From contig CM039007.1 in assembly GCA_017499595.2 (NCBI GenBank), positions 868,001 to 932,000 of the forward strand: 64,000 nucleotides of DNA, written 5' to 3'. The notes under the pieces were generated by a model. That model was not told the origin of the DNA, searched no databases, and saw only the letters and a list, made by a program, of their open reading frames with translations. Numbering within the stretch: position 1 is the first letter of the stretch; each line of letters begins with the position of its first letter. Positions 1-11,782 of this stretch are shown piece by piece. The DNA comes from Psilocybe cubensis (Eukaryota). Made by a program: the position numbers and the translations under genes.

Positions 1-1237
1 CTAATCTATCGTGTAAGTGCCTCGTTAAGCTTTTGTAATCATGTGAATAGAACGGGGATTCGTTAAACATCAACTCTCCCTCTAATACATACATTACTGC
101 TACTATATTTTCGCTGGCCCACCCTTACGGAAGACCCACCATCCTATCAAGCTTCTCCTTTTCAACAACAGACGATGGAGCTCCTAATGGAGGTACTACC
201 ATCTCCGAGCTTCTTCAAATTGGTCATGAACTGATGATTCGAGTCCATAGGATCGGGGACATGTAGTGCAACAGGAGGCTCTGCAGGATGGCTCTGCCAA
301 CACCGTTTCGTCGCAATAAGCGGTATGGTAGGGTTCCGCAACAATGTCGGAACAGCAGCTCTTACCAATTGGGTTTCTCCTCAATCTGAGCAAATCGCCT
401 TTGGACGGGGTATGTATTTCCGTCTTGATTTTCCCAGGAGCCTCTTTGCTCATCGAGAATTCAGGTGCTCTTGGATTCGTAGCAATTAATAATGCAGATT
501 CCACATGGAGCTCCACCTTCACTACGTCTTTGCCTGATGGATCTTACTGCGATGTGATTAGTGGAAAGTCATCTTCAGGACTGTGTACTGGCACTGGGTA
601 TGCATGAGAATCTTTCATTTCACCCTATGAATTTCAATTTCTTACTATGATACCCACCTCTGTAGGATAACTGTCTCGGGTGGGGCATTCACTGCCACAG
701 TACCCGCACGCAGTGCTATTGCCATTCACACCGGTGCACTCGGTGCAGGCTCAGTTGCGACCGTTCCGACACCATCTGGAAGTGTTGCCGTATTATTCCA
801 GGAAACTGCAACCACAACGTTTGGACAGGTGTGCAGCATATCTATCTTTAGGGGATGAGCTAATCGGTTACTTTCGAAGAATATTTTTCTTGTTGGGAGC
901 ATTTCCCAACTTGGGTCATGGGCGCCTGCTTCGGCTGTGAGCGCATGTCATTTCAATCGTTTTACAGGTTTCTAAGGGAGTTCCTTGCTTTAAGATTGCT
1001 CTTTCTTCAGCGTCGTATCCAGTGTGGACTGTGACGGTATCTCTACCTGCAGGAACAACCTTCCAGTATAAATTTATCAGAAAGAATACTGATGGAAGTG
1101 TAAGTGATTCTAAAATATAACAAAGATTTAAACGTTTATACGTCGACCGACCACAGATCACCTGGGAATCAGATCCAAATCGCCAAGCAACTGTTGGAAA
1201 CTCGGGAACGACGACGCTAACGACATCTTGGAGATGA
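1..1237 (+). CDS. Alpha-amylase (GH13) with C-terminal CBM20 starch-binding domain; 5' end outside window, multi-exon
   Basis: Spliced translation gives ...[15 protein letters not shown]...GWLCQHR...VGFRN...QIAFGRG...GFVAINN...[12 protein letters not shown], then CBM20 ([23 protein letters not shown]...[23 protein letters not shown]...ITWESDPNR). TGA at 1235-1237. Confidence 0.93.
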
Positions 1238-1410
1238 GCTCTGTTGTCGGCTCATTGGCACGTCCAAACGGATGGCGTCATGATGGCTATATGACGCCAA
1301 ATATTTATTGAATCACAGTTGAATTTAATTGTTTTCGAAACTACAGATATGAATATTGGTTTTAGTGATGTTTGCGATCCGGCTGGGTCTCCCACAAGCC
1401 AATACACTCT

Positions 1411-2334
1411 TCATCCGCGCCAGGGCCTCGGTCCGGGGACCTAAATCATCAAACAAACATTTAAAAAGCAGTTTGAAGTAACGATCAAGATGAACACGTA
1501 CGGTGTATGAGGTCGGGACGGGGTTGTAGATGTTGACAGTCAATCCTGGGTCTACAGTACACATACGTCAGGTTGCAAGAAAAATGGATGAGCACCGATA
1601 TCATACCGGATGCAGAGACATATCCGGGAATGGAGACCTTGGAAGGGTTGCCAGACCCACCGCCAGTGATGTTGATTTGAGCGCAGGAAATATACCATTG
1701 AGGTGCACCAGCAACATGGAGACCAATTTGCTCAATGCGCACCAGGTACTGTAAAACAAGAGACCTAAACGACTGTAAAAGTGCGTAATGAAAAATTATT
1801 CACCTCTCCAGAAGGAGTGTTCGATGGGATAGTGGTCGTAAGTTGAGCAAGGTTGAAGTCGGTGAAAGTGAATGGGTTGAAGGTGGCACCCCATTCAGCG
1901 ATCTAGGAGGAAATTGAATATATGATTTTGGTCTGGATATTATATGTAGCTTACCTTGAACCAGTTAGCACCACTGCCATCCCAGCTAGCGACAGATCCA
2001 GGAGCCTTGCCGAGGTAGATAGCAGCGGGTCCTTGGTGGTAGAGAGTGTTGTCGAGTTTGAAGCCGATAGTACTGCCGGCAGAAACCGAAACAGTTTGCG
2101 ACGCAGCTCCGGGAGATACATTGCATCGGACGTCGTTCGACGTAACAGAAGTGACGGGGGAGTTGTTGATGGGTTGACGAACGGCCGCGCTGGAGGTGGT
2201 GCTTCCAGCAATCAAGGTGTTCCAGATGTCTAAATAAAATGAGAAAACAAACAGAGAAATCGGTAAAAGTATTTACAGTGAGCGGACGCGCTTTGCGCCA
2301 AGATGGCAATACCGACGAGACCAGAGAGCTTCAT
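1411..2334 (-). CDS. Lytic polysaccharide monooxygenase, AA9 (GH61), secreted
   Basis: Signal peptide [18 protein letters not shown] followed by His1 (HYIW). Motifs [43 protein letters not shown]; ends VPGPRPWRG*. Confidence 0.95.
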
Positions 2335-3435
2335 TTCCAACACTGAGAGATGGGTGACGGGTGAGAGGATGATAGCATTGCTGTCGTCCTGCCCGACATT
2401 TTATGGGATGGACCGGAAAAATATCGTTGGTTGTTCGCCGCACAACAGTCTCGTAACGTAGGCGTAAGTCCTTAGACTACTTCCACATTACCCCGCCGAG
2501 CCATACGAAGCAGCCTGGACGCTTGTGTTGACATAACACGGTTAAGATACGGATGAACACGATGAGGTCAGTTCCATCCCCAAATTGCCAATGTGCATGG
2601 GGAAACTTACGAATCCACCTTGCTCGGGGAAAATGGGGCCGTGGTATCTTGCTGATAGAACCTAAGCTTCCCTGTAAATAGCCGCCGATGATCAGTAGTG
2701 ATCTAAAGTAGTCTTTAGCAGTCTTTAGCTTACACAAAGTCCTTAAACGAGCCAGAAATGTACCAAATCAAGTTTTGCTTGGCTCCGCCGAATCCATAAA
2801 AGAGACTCCACCTCCGGACAATCTCCCTTTTCGGACCTCGTTTATCGCATTATCCTCCTATTCGTTGCTCACCTCGGTATCTTTGAGGCTTGAGTACATT
2901 TACACCACATGCCTGTGGTGGCTTATACTCCACTGGAGCATACCCAGCTAGCAACACATTCGCTAACCAAAGTAAGTGTTAGTGCACCGTCTCAGATATT
3001 CGCCTGCTGATGCTATATCCATATGTTCCCGGTACAGCCATCACGGCACTTGTAGCTGCTTCGACCCTCTTTTGGGTGTTGATATCTAATGGCCAGCCTG
3101 CATACGTGTGTCATTGCTAAATATAATGTCGTGCAGAGGTATTAAATCCTTCTTATTAGACCGGCGAAAATAACTCACCTGATCACAATGTAGCCGGATA
3201 GGTCAAGTAGAAAGAAGCCGTAGTTGAACAGTGTCATCGACTGTAGCCAAGGAATCGAGCGAAATTACGTCCAAGGTTTTCTCGAAGTTTCAACAACGTC
3301 GATGGTCAGTTTCAGGTGGAGAAGAATATCATTCAGGAGAAGCCACAACAAACATTATCAAGGGTTTGGTTCGTATGGGTAAAAAATTAGCGGTGAAGTA
3401 ATCTATTGACGTGAACAGTTACCACTATTTTTTTG

Positions 3436-4756
3436 TTAAGGATTTGCGTAACCCAAAACCTCTTCATCGCCCGTCAGGACTTCATCAGAGTCAAAATCAC
3501 TACCAGCGAGATCGGAATCAGATATAGTCGAGCTGTCCCCGCGTTCACTGTCCTCCTTCATTGAATCGTCGTCGTCTTGGTTTTCTTTATCACTTTCGTC
3601 TTCAGACATATCCTCGTCCGAATGAATATACCAGCGGTCGAGGTGATTGTAAGTAACCCCACTGGTAGTGAAAAATGCTGGATCGTCTCCTTCGAGCTCG
3701 GCTTGGTCTGAGTCGTCGTCGGACAAGTCGTAATCGTTGGCATACACAGGGGTGTCAGCGTCATCGTCTGAGGCATACCTGCAGTCCATCATATTGGGGC
3801 GGCATATATCCAATTCTCCGCGGAATTTTGGATAGGTAATCCAAATGCCTGGCGATTCTTCTTCAGTGGCCCAGTTACCGGTATCAGGGAGAACGGAAAT
3901 GTCGTCCAGCAAGCTTTCGACGAATTCCCGACCGTCCACATCTGTTTCTTCAAGTCTTACCCGCCTTCCGAGATAGATTTGCCACACATCGTCATCGTTC
4001 ATAGCAGGACCCGAGAACTGGTTGAAGATTTCAGGCGGAATGAATGCCGAAATTCCTTCATGTGGGATGAATACTAGGGAAAATAAAGTACACATCTCGG
4101 GCGTTGCCCCTCGCCGGAGTAGTTCCTTGTATTCCCCTATGCGAGAGGCATAATCTGCAGGTATTTCGATGCCCTCTTCAATTTCCTTTAGCGGTGTGTC
4201 TCCACGAGGAGCAATGTCACGATCAGGATGCTCCAATTGGGACTCCGTCGATGCAAGAATGGAGAATTCGTCCTTTGAAAAGTTAGAACGATAGAGGAAG
4301 CACTGACTAAGTCTTACCTCAAGGACCTGGTGAGGCTTTCCACAAAAATGACAAACGCCATCAGTTACCTCCCCTCCACAAGCCGTGTTTGTGCACAGAT
4401 AGACATCTTCGAATTCCAAGGACTGTATGGGCTCTGGTGGAGCATCATCGTCTGTTTGTTCATCCCCCGTGATCTCGTCCTCGTCGTCCTCGTCGTCCTC
4501 GCCGTCTTCCGAATTCTGTATGCTTTCTTCGGCGCTGTCTTCATCCTGCGAGAGATCTTCGGAGTCATTTTTGGCTAAAAGGTTGGTTATGATCGCTTTC
4601 AGTCTTTTATTTTCCTCATCTTTGCGTTTGAGTTTCTTAAAAGCCAATAAACATCAGGTTAGTCGATGGTTTCCGAAACACCGGCTAGTAGACATTGTCA
4701 CTCACCGAATTGGTTAGAATCAATCTCGCTTGAAGGTCTTTGATATTGGTAGACAT
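3436..4756 (-). CDS. Uncharacterised acidic protein with N-terminal coiled coil and CxxxxC-x8-CxxC motif (paralogue A)
   Basis: Exon 1 MSTNIKDLQARLILTNS joins via a GTGAGT intron to KLKRKDEE; 403-aa ORF with YLCTNTACGGEVTDGVCHFCGKPH; clear paralogue at 5118-7236 with the same intron positions. Confidence 0.8.
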
Positions 4757-5117
4757 AAGAGACGCGTGTAGTTGTCCCAGTATCCTTGATTTGACAACAA
4801 AGGAGGGTTGTCTGAAGATATTAGTGTCGCGCCAAGCAAGCCCCAAATTTACGCGACGTCTTTGATTGGCAACACCGCTGAAAAATAATAACGCGTAGTT
4901 TCCATATCCGTCAACGCTTTCAGGGGTCGTGAAAAGTTAGATGATTCGAAAGGTTGTCGACGCTTAAATGATTGGTACAAGATGTCGCTTTCTGCTCTTC
5001 TTTGCATTCATAAATCTGACTACCACAAAGACTAACTATGAGAATACAATAATGATGTTAACGTAGATTATGTGGAGAACATAATACAGATAAAACTTGG
5101 TGAATTCCTGTACGACT

Positions 5118-7236
5118 CTAAATCATGGTCCCATTACCATTGCCAACTTGAGCAGGGGGGCCTCCAAACTTGATACGGAGAATTTCTTCGTCACCACTGA
5201 ACATTTCATCTGAATGGAAATCACTGCCAGAGTCGGTCATGGTAGTGTGGTCATCGTGATCGTCGTCCCCAGCGAGTTCGTCGAGCTGCTGTTCACCACC
5301 GGAGTCAGATTCCAACATGTCCTCTTCCTCATCTGAAGGGATGTACCAGCGATCCGCATGAAGGTAAGAAATGCCACCGGTTGTGGTATACATCGGTTCC
5401 TCCATTTCGACATCATCTTGCTCCGAGTCGTCGTCTGACAATTCATAATCATTTGATTGATTCGGTGGCACTATATTAGGGGAGGTCAGAGTGGACGATT
5501 CGGAGGCGATTTGCGAACGATTCAGGTCAGGATTCAAGACCGATTCTGACGCAGAAATTTGCTTCCGAAGCGCGATTCACTCTGACCCCCCCATTTCAAA
5601 ACTTCGATTCACCTTCAATTCAGTAGGCGATTCACGGATGGTCTTTGTGCCAACTGATAATAAAAGTTGTTTAAAAGTAGTTTGAGAGAAGGTTTTGTAC
5701 GCACTCAATCGAGCATTTGGATAGATCCTCTCCTTCTGCCTCGTTCTCTATCTCAGAACAATCCGATTCTCCATCCGATGACTCTACAAGCACCTCAGCC
5801 TCCTTCTGTTTGGCCCGCCGTGTAGATTTTGCTTTTTTGGCCTGTGTTTTGGTAGGTTTCTTGGGTAACGTGGTCTTGCTGAGCGATTTTGACGATGCTG
5901 AACGAGTTGTACGGCTCGAATTTTTGGCGGCCATAGTGAGAGCCTCACAGAAAGAGTCTGTGTATCACACCAGCCCTCACGATGATGGAGAAAAATCTTG
6001 ATCATGTCAAGATCAAATATACAATTAGGTAAATTGAAAATAATTAATAAATTAAATACTGCTCGATTCTGCTGAGTAGAATCAAGCTGTTGAATCGTCT
6101 CTGAATCGTCGAAGCGGCGGAGCCGCTTCGACGATTCAGAGACGATTCAGCGATTCGGCGATTCACGTTCTGAGGCGATTCAGCGTCTTCCCACGCTTTT
6201 GATGACCAGAATCGTCTCTGAATCGTGTCGCTGAATCGCCTCCGAATCGTCCACTCTGACCTCCCCTATTTTCGGCTGCGATGTCGACCGAGTCCAAAAT
6301 ATCCCTCGGTTGAGATTCAACCTGCCCGCTATGTTTGGGGTATGTCACCCAAACGCCAGTTTCTTCTTCTTCCGTGACCCAGTTTCCGATGCCAGGGAGA
6401 ACAGATATCTCATCCAGTATACTTTCAATAAATTCATAGCCGTCAATGTCATCTTTGGCGAGAGTCAATCGTCGTCCCAAATAGATTTTCCAGTCGCATT
6501 CGACCATTGAAAGACCAGCGAATTCTTCAAAGAGGTCTTCAGTGACCCTTGCGACGATTCCATTGGTGTAGGTAAATTCAAGTTTAAAAAGTTCGCACAT
6601 TTCTGGGGTCGCGCCCCGGCGGAGAAGTGAGCGGTATTCCCGTGCGCGCGATTCGTACAAGGCAGGAAGTGGAGAATCGTCCTTTGGAATGGATTGCAAG
6701 GGCGTATTTCCTCTGGGGGCCATGCAGCGGTCTGGATGTTCTAGTTGAGACTCTGTTGACGCCATATTCTCATCCTGAGGAGTTTAGGGAACTTAGTTGC
6801 AGCGAGAACTTGCATCGAAGATTTACCTCCATGATTTGATGCTTTTTGCGACATAGAAAGCAGTAACCGTCAGTGACTTCCCCGCCACAGGCCTGGTCAG
6901 AGCAAAGGTAAATATCTTTGCATTCGTAAGATTGCGTAGGTATGGGGAGATCTTCTCCATCATCGTCGTCGGAGTCATCGCCTTCATCATCACTCTCCTC
7001 ATCGTCACCTTTGTCGTCCGAGTCCTCAGTATCCAGATCGTCTTCAGTGGAGTCTTGGTCGGATTCAGACCCGTTGGAAACAATTTTTAAAGCTTTCTTG
7101 AGGCTTTTAATTTCAATCTTTTTTCTTTGCAGTTTCTGGGCCATGTTTTGTTGGCATTTGATTCGAACAAATGGGTGGTACGCACCAATTTCATATTACT
7201 TATTTGAGCTTCCGCGTCTTCTAAAGAGGTGGCCAT
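5118..7236 (-). CDS. Uncharacterised acidic protein, paralogue B, interrupted by a MITE at 5478-6267 (disrupted, or rescued by splicing)
   Basis: Exon 1 MATSLEDAEAQISNMKL|KLQRKK; YLCSDQACGGEVTDGYCFLCRKKH; ASTESQLEHPDR and LLRRGATPEMC shared with paralogue A. The C-terminus NDYELSDDDS...DRWYI resumes in another frame after the insertion. Confidence 0.75.
5478..6267. mobile_element. Non-autonomous TIR element (MITE), possibly PIF/Harbinger-related
   Basis: ~34-bp perfect TIR AGGGGAGGTCAGAGTGGACGATTCGGAGGCGATT at both ends. ATT direct repeat at 5475-5477 and 6268-6270 (or TA, ambiguous). Removing the element restores the host reading frame. Many GATTC/GAATC subterminal motifs. Confidence 0.9.
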
Positions 7237-7654
7237 AGTCCGCGGGAAGGCTAAGGTGGTGTTACGCGCTGTTGAAGTGATGACGGCTTATAAAATTTTG
7301 CAAATGAACGACCACTGTGCGGTTGAATAAAATGTGCCACTGCTAGTAGTAGTCGTAAATTTGTAGAGGTAACGCCTTATAGAACTTGCAAGTGTATGAG
7401 ATACAGATATAGAGTGCAGTCAGACAGAATGAATAAATGCAACCCCTGTCGTAGAACAGGCCGAAAAGATGATATTTTTAAATTTAAGAACGATGAGAAA
7501 GGTTTTGATGCGCCTATTCTGTTTGAAATACAGCCCGTGGAAAAACAACGCGTAAACAATCGAGTGTCACGTGAATATCACTGTCAGAGTTGCCAAGAAA
7601 TTACATGGCAAGGTTCCTTGCGCAATCTTCGCGGCGACACGACCAAGTTCTGCA

Positions 7655-8906
7655 ATGTTTGGTCTTTTCTCCAAAAAGTGGAACCCGGAGGGCAAAGTCA
7701 GTGGTCTCCCCCTTGTCTCGAATGGCGAGTCATTGAATGTCCACGTAGCATGTCTATATAACAGGAGGAAGTTCGGGATTGGGATTGGGTCTTGCCCATA
7801 TTCTCGCTCAAAAGGGAGCACACATTTCCATTGTCGCGAGGAGTCAGAGCAAATTGGACGAGGCCATTGAATCTATCGAGGTGAGAATGGGACCTTGTCT
7901 AGACGGTTGTTGCGCCTTACCTTGAAACTTCAGAAACTGCGAGTGAACCCCTCGCAAATCTTCAAAGCGTATTCTCATGCGCTGGACTCTGGTGATGCGG
8001 CAGCCAAAGCTCTTCAACTGGTTGCTGAGGCTCATGGCGGTGAACTGCCCGACGCCATCTTTACATGCGCTGGATCTTCAAAACCAATGTTCTTCATTGA
8101 CACAACGGAGCAGGACATGGTGGATGGAATGACGAATGCGTATTGGTTGCAGGCATGGACAGCTTGGGTATGTTACAGCGTTTTTCTACAGCGTGTTAGC
8201 TCTCATAAAAGGCAGGCCGCTACAAAACAAATGGTCAAGGCCGGGAAGAAAGGCGCCAAAATTGTATTCGTGTCATCGCTTCTCGGGTATATGAGTTTCT
8301 TGGGGTATACCTCGTACACGCCAGGGAAACATGCGCTAAGAGGTCAGTAGACTCGTAAACATTTTCATTCTAACCTCGCTAATGCAATCACACACCTCAG
8401 GCCTTGCTGACACTCTCCACTCGGAACTCAAACTCTACGGCATCGACGTCCACATTTACTTCCCTGGTACAATGTTTACACCCGGCTATGAGGAGGAGAA
8501 CAAGACAAAACCAGCCATTACACAGGCTATAGAAGGTACGGACGGATTGACCTCGGACCAGGCAGCGCAGGCGTTATATAAAGGTATGCCGTTCCGCTGG
8601 ACGATTGGCCTTGTAGACTGACGGATCTTAGGCGTCGTGAACGGAAATTACCATATCTCTGGCGACTTAATTACTGACCTATTCCACGCATCAACGCGTG
8701 GGTCTGCTCCGAGAAACAATTGGCTATTGGAGGGACTGTATGATTTGGTCGCTTATGTGGGTCAATCATGTTTCACTCTGGATAGTTGTTCATTGTTCTT
8801 TTTACAGTTTGCCGTCCCAGTGTGGCGGTCTGGGGTAGAGTCACAGGTACTTGCGCACCGGGACGAACATCAGACATACCTCGCCAAGAAAGGATTCTTC
8901 TCGTAA
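7655..8906 (+). CDS. TSC10: 3-ketodihydrosphingosine reductase (short-chain dehydrogenase)
   Basis: [26 protein letters not shown] (Rossmann), [18 protein letters not shown] (YxxxK), [20 protein letters not shown]. Confidence 0.88.
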
Positions 8907-9656
8907 AAGCTCTGCGCACAGTTTCAACACCTACAGATGCTACACCATTCTATTAACATCTATACCATTGTATTTATTCTGCTATGTTGTCTAACCTCCG
9001 TTACTCGAGGCCTATAATCTATAGTTTTGAAGTGCTGACCAGTGACGACCTCAGCGAGACTTTAGGTCATCAAGCTGAACAAATTTGTCGCAGGCTCGGC
9101 AAATAAGGACCTCGAACACTGCTATTTCCTATACAGCGATGGCATATAGTTTACTGGGAGAAATTTGTGCGTACCGTGCGGCGTACGAATGAGCTCGACA
9201 AGAATCATTTCGTTTGTATTTGGCAGCGGTGGTTTGGGAATGTTGCTGTGTCGGCAAAGGTTGCAATTTGGCTGATAGATAACCAGCAGATAACAAATTC
9301 ACAAATCCTGCATCTTCCACTGCGTTTCATAGACTCAAAAATTAATGCAGCAAATGCAGAGATGTAAACAAAATGCGTTGGGATGCTGGATGGGTTGGCC
9401 AATTTTTTTCCGAAGTATACATCTCACCACAAAGTTTACATTTCTCCCTGAATTCAGATTCTTGGATTTCAGGAAGTTCAGATTATGCTTTTGAGTACAC
9501 TCTTTCTGTTGAAGGACTGGTCAAAATCAACGAGTTGCCAAGGGTCATTGTGCCATTGACGAGTTTCGGTGACATGGCCAAACATGAAAAGTGAACTGTA
9601 CGGTTGAAACTCAACAACCATGCAAAAAAAAAAATGCCTGCTGGCTCATTACTAGT

Positions 9657-10792
9657 GGTGTTGCACAATCCCTGATAGCGTGACAGGCAGGGATAATCAC
9701 GCGTCACGCAAGGTTTTGTCACAAAACCTGATACATGCCTATATTTCTTCATTCTAGACAGTTACCTTCTTATAATTCAGAACTAATGAAGTCCAACACA
9801 CATATAACACACATTTGAGTTATAAAAGTAAGGCTTGAATGCAAATAGTACATGAAATAAGTGATTTATCAAAAATCACATGATGATAACAAAGAGAACT
9901 TGCATGCTGCAGATCTGAGAAATATGGTTTGGAATTTGAGATGAGAATAGACATGTTGACTTTAAAAAACCGAGCATTTATCATCTTGAATCATGAAAAT
10001 CGGTGCAGAATTCATGTAGATATGCTCTCTCGTCTAAACATGGTCAATGCGGAATGACACAGCCAAAAATAGACGCGGCTAAGAGTGGCTCCCGCTCCCA
10101 GCCATCCAAAGGCCAAAAATTGTTAAAGGTGTAAAATGGTCATTTCTTCACCAAATCTCATGATTTTAACTGCGCTGGAATGCTGTTTTAAAGGGCATTT
10201 CAGTTCAACGATATATAATGTAATCAATAACATCTATGATATATATAATGGTAGTAATATTGATCCATAACCAGTATTTGGCTATCAACTCATTACAGCC
10301 TCAAAACTGCAAGTAGTTTTGCAGACATAAAGTAATCTAATTTCTATATGCCACAACTCTATCAGAGCAGATTTTTTATATTGTGCCTCTAAGTATGTTA
10401 AAGTGCCTATTTTACACGTATATCTCAGAAACCAGGAAGAATTTCAAAATTCGGCTCTGATAGGTCGATTCCAAATTCAATTCTAATGAAAAAAACTCTA
10501 CAGATCATACCTATATGTGTATTTCTTGAGGAGATAATGCATAAATATCTTTGAGGTCTAAATTTGGCAGGCAAAACACCTTGATTAAGCATTTAAAACA
10601 CATTGACAACTTTTTACAGCTAATTAATACCATAGGTCCAGAGATAAACTATCTTCTGCCTCTATTGACATAAAAAATGGCGAAACCTTGATTTGTGCAA
10701 AGCACAAACTCGATGTCTCAAGAAATTGTCTGGTCACAGGTGTGACCTCGCCTGTCACTTGGTGTCACACTAACCGGGGATTGGACATCCCC
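9657..10792. mobile_element. Non-autonomous Mutator(MULE)-like element
   Basis: Flanked by ATTACTAGT (9648-9656) and ATTACTAGA (10793-10801), an 8/9 match. Imperfect GG-starting TIRs (GGTGTTGCACAATCCC vs revcomp GGGGATGTCCAATCCC, then shared TAG.GTGACA). Interior is AT-rich with no ORF. Confidence 0.6.
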
Positions 10793-11782
10793 ATTACTAG
10801 AAAAATGGTTACTTTTGCGTTAATTGTTACAGGAAAATGGTTTCCCCTTTAAAAATGTCCATTTTTATGCCAAATTTATGAAAAAGAACCGTTTCTCTTG
10901 TAAACGTGGGCATTTTTGTACCTACAAAACTACGATGAATAATTATATAATATGTTGTTTTTGTTAACTTTTTCAAAAAATATGGTTTGGGATGCACTTC
11001 CGAAGAATTTTCTCTAAAAAAATGTCAACCAAAGGCACCTAATCAAATACATAACATGTATGTAATCCGTTTTATTTGACATATACGAATATGTGCCAAC
11101 CAGGGGGCTCCCACCGAAGCTTACTGAGAAAAGAAGGGTGGCAAATCAGAGTTTTATTCTAATTGGTGCAGTGTAAAGTAACAAATGGGAGCGAGGTAAA
11201 AACTGAGTACTACTTGGAGAAGTCACATGATATGTGATATTTTGTCTGATGTCCGGGGTCCCGCAGACATCCAGAAACAACAAGTGGCCGGCAGAAGGCG
11301 GCGATCAATGTTTGGCAATACCCTTGGAGGCTCGCAGCGCTTCGCCATTAGTTCCCGACTCATTTGATATTTCCGCGGGCCAGAGCTTGCCGCTCTGGAC
11401 CGCACAAGCTAGCGCATCAGCCGGATTCCATTTACCTGGCTTCGTCGGTAAACGTTCGTAGTGTGCGTTCAACTACCTCGGCTCCAAATTCTTATCAGCA
11501 AAGGTCGAAATTTTGTGCACAGAACATGGGCGATTATGAGCATGTTATTGCTGATGAGGGCCTGATTGAGAAGTGAACACCGTCGAGAAGATAATCTGGA
11601 AATTTGCGTGCTAAAATGTTGTCCTCAAAATAACCAATAGCGCCAAATTAGGCAGGTTACGAAACGTGATGACGTCTTGTTATGCGACGCCAGAGGACCA
11701 TGGGCCCATCACGCTATAAAGACCCTCCCTAATTCCCCCTTCTCTTCTCCTTCCCCCCTTATCGCGCTTGTTGTCGGAAACG

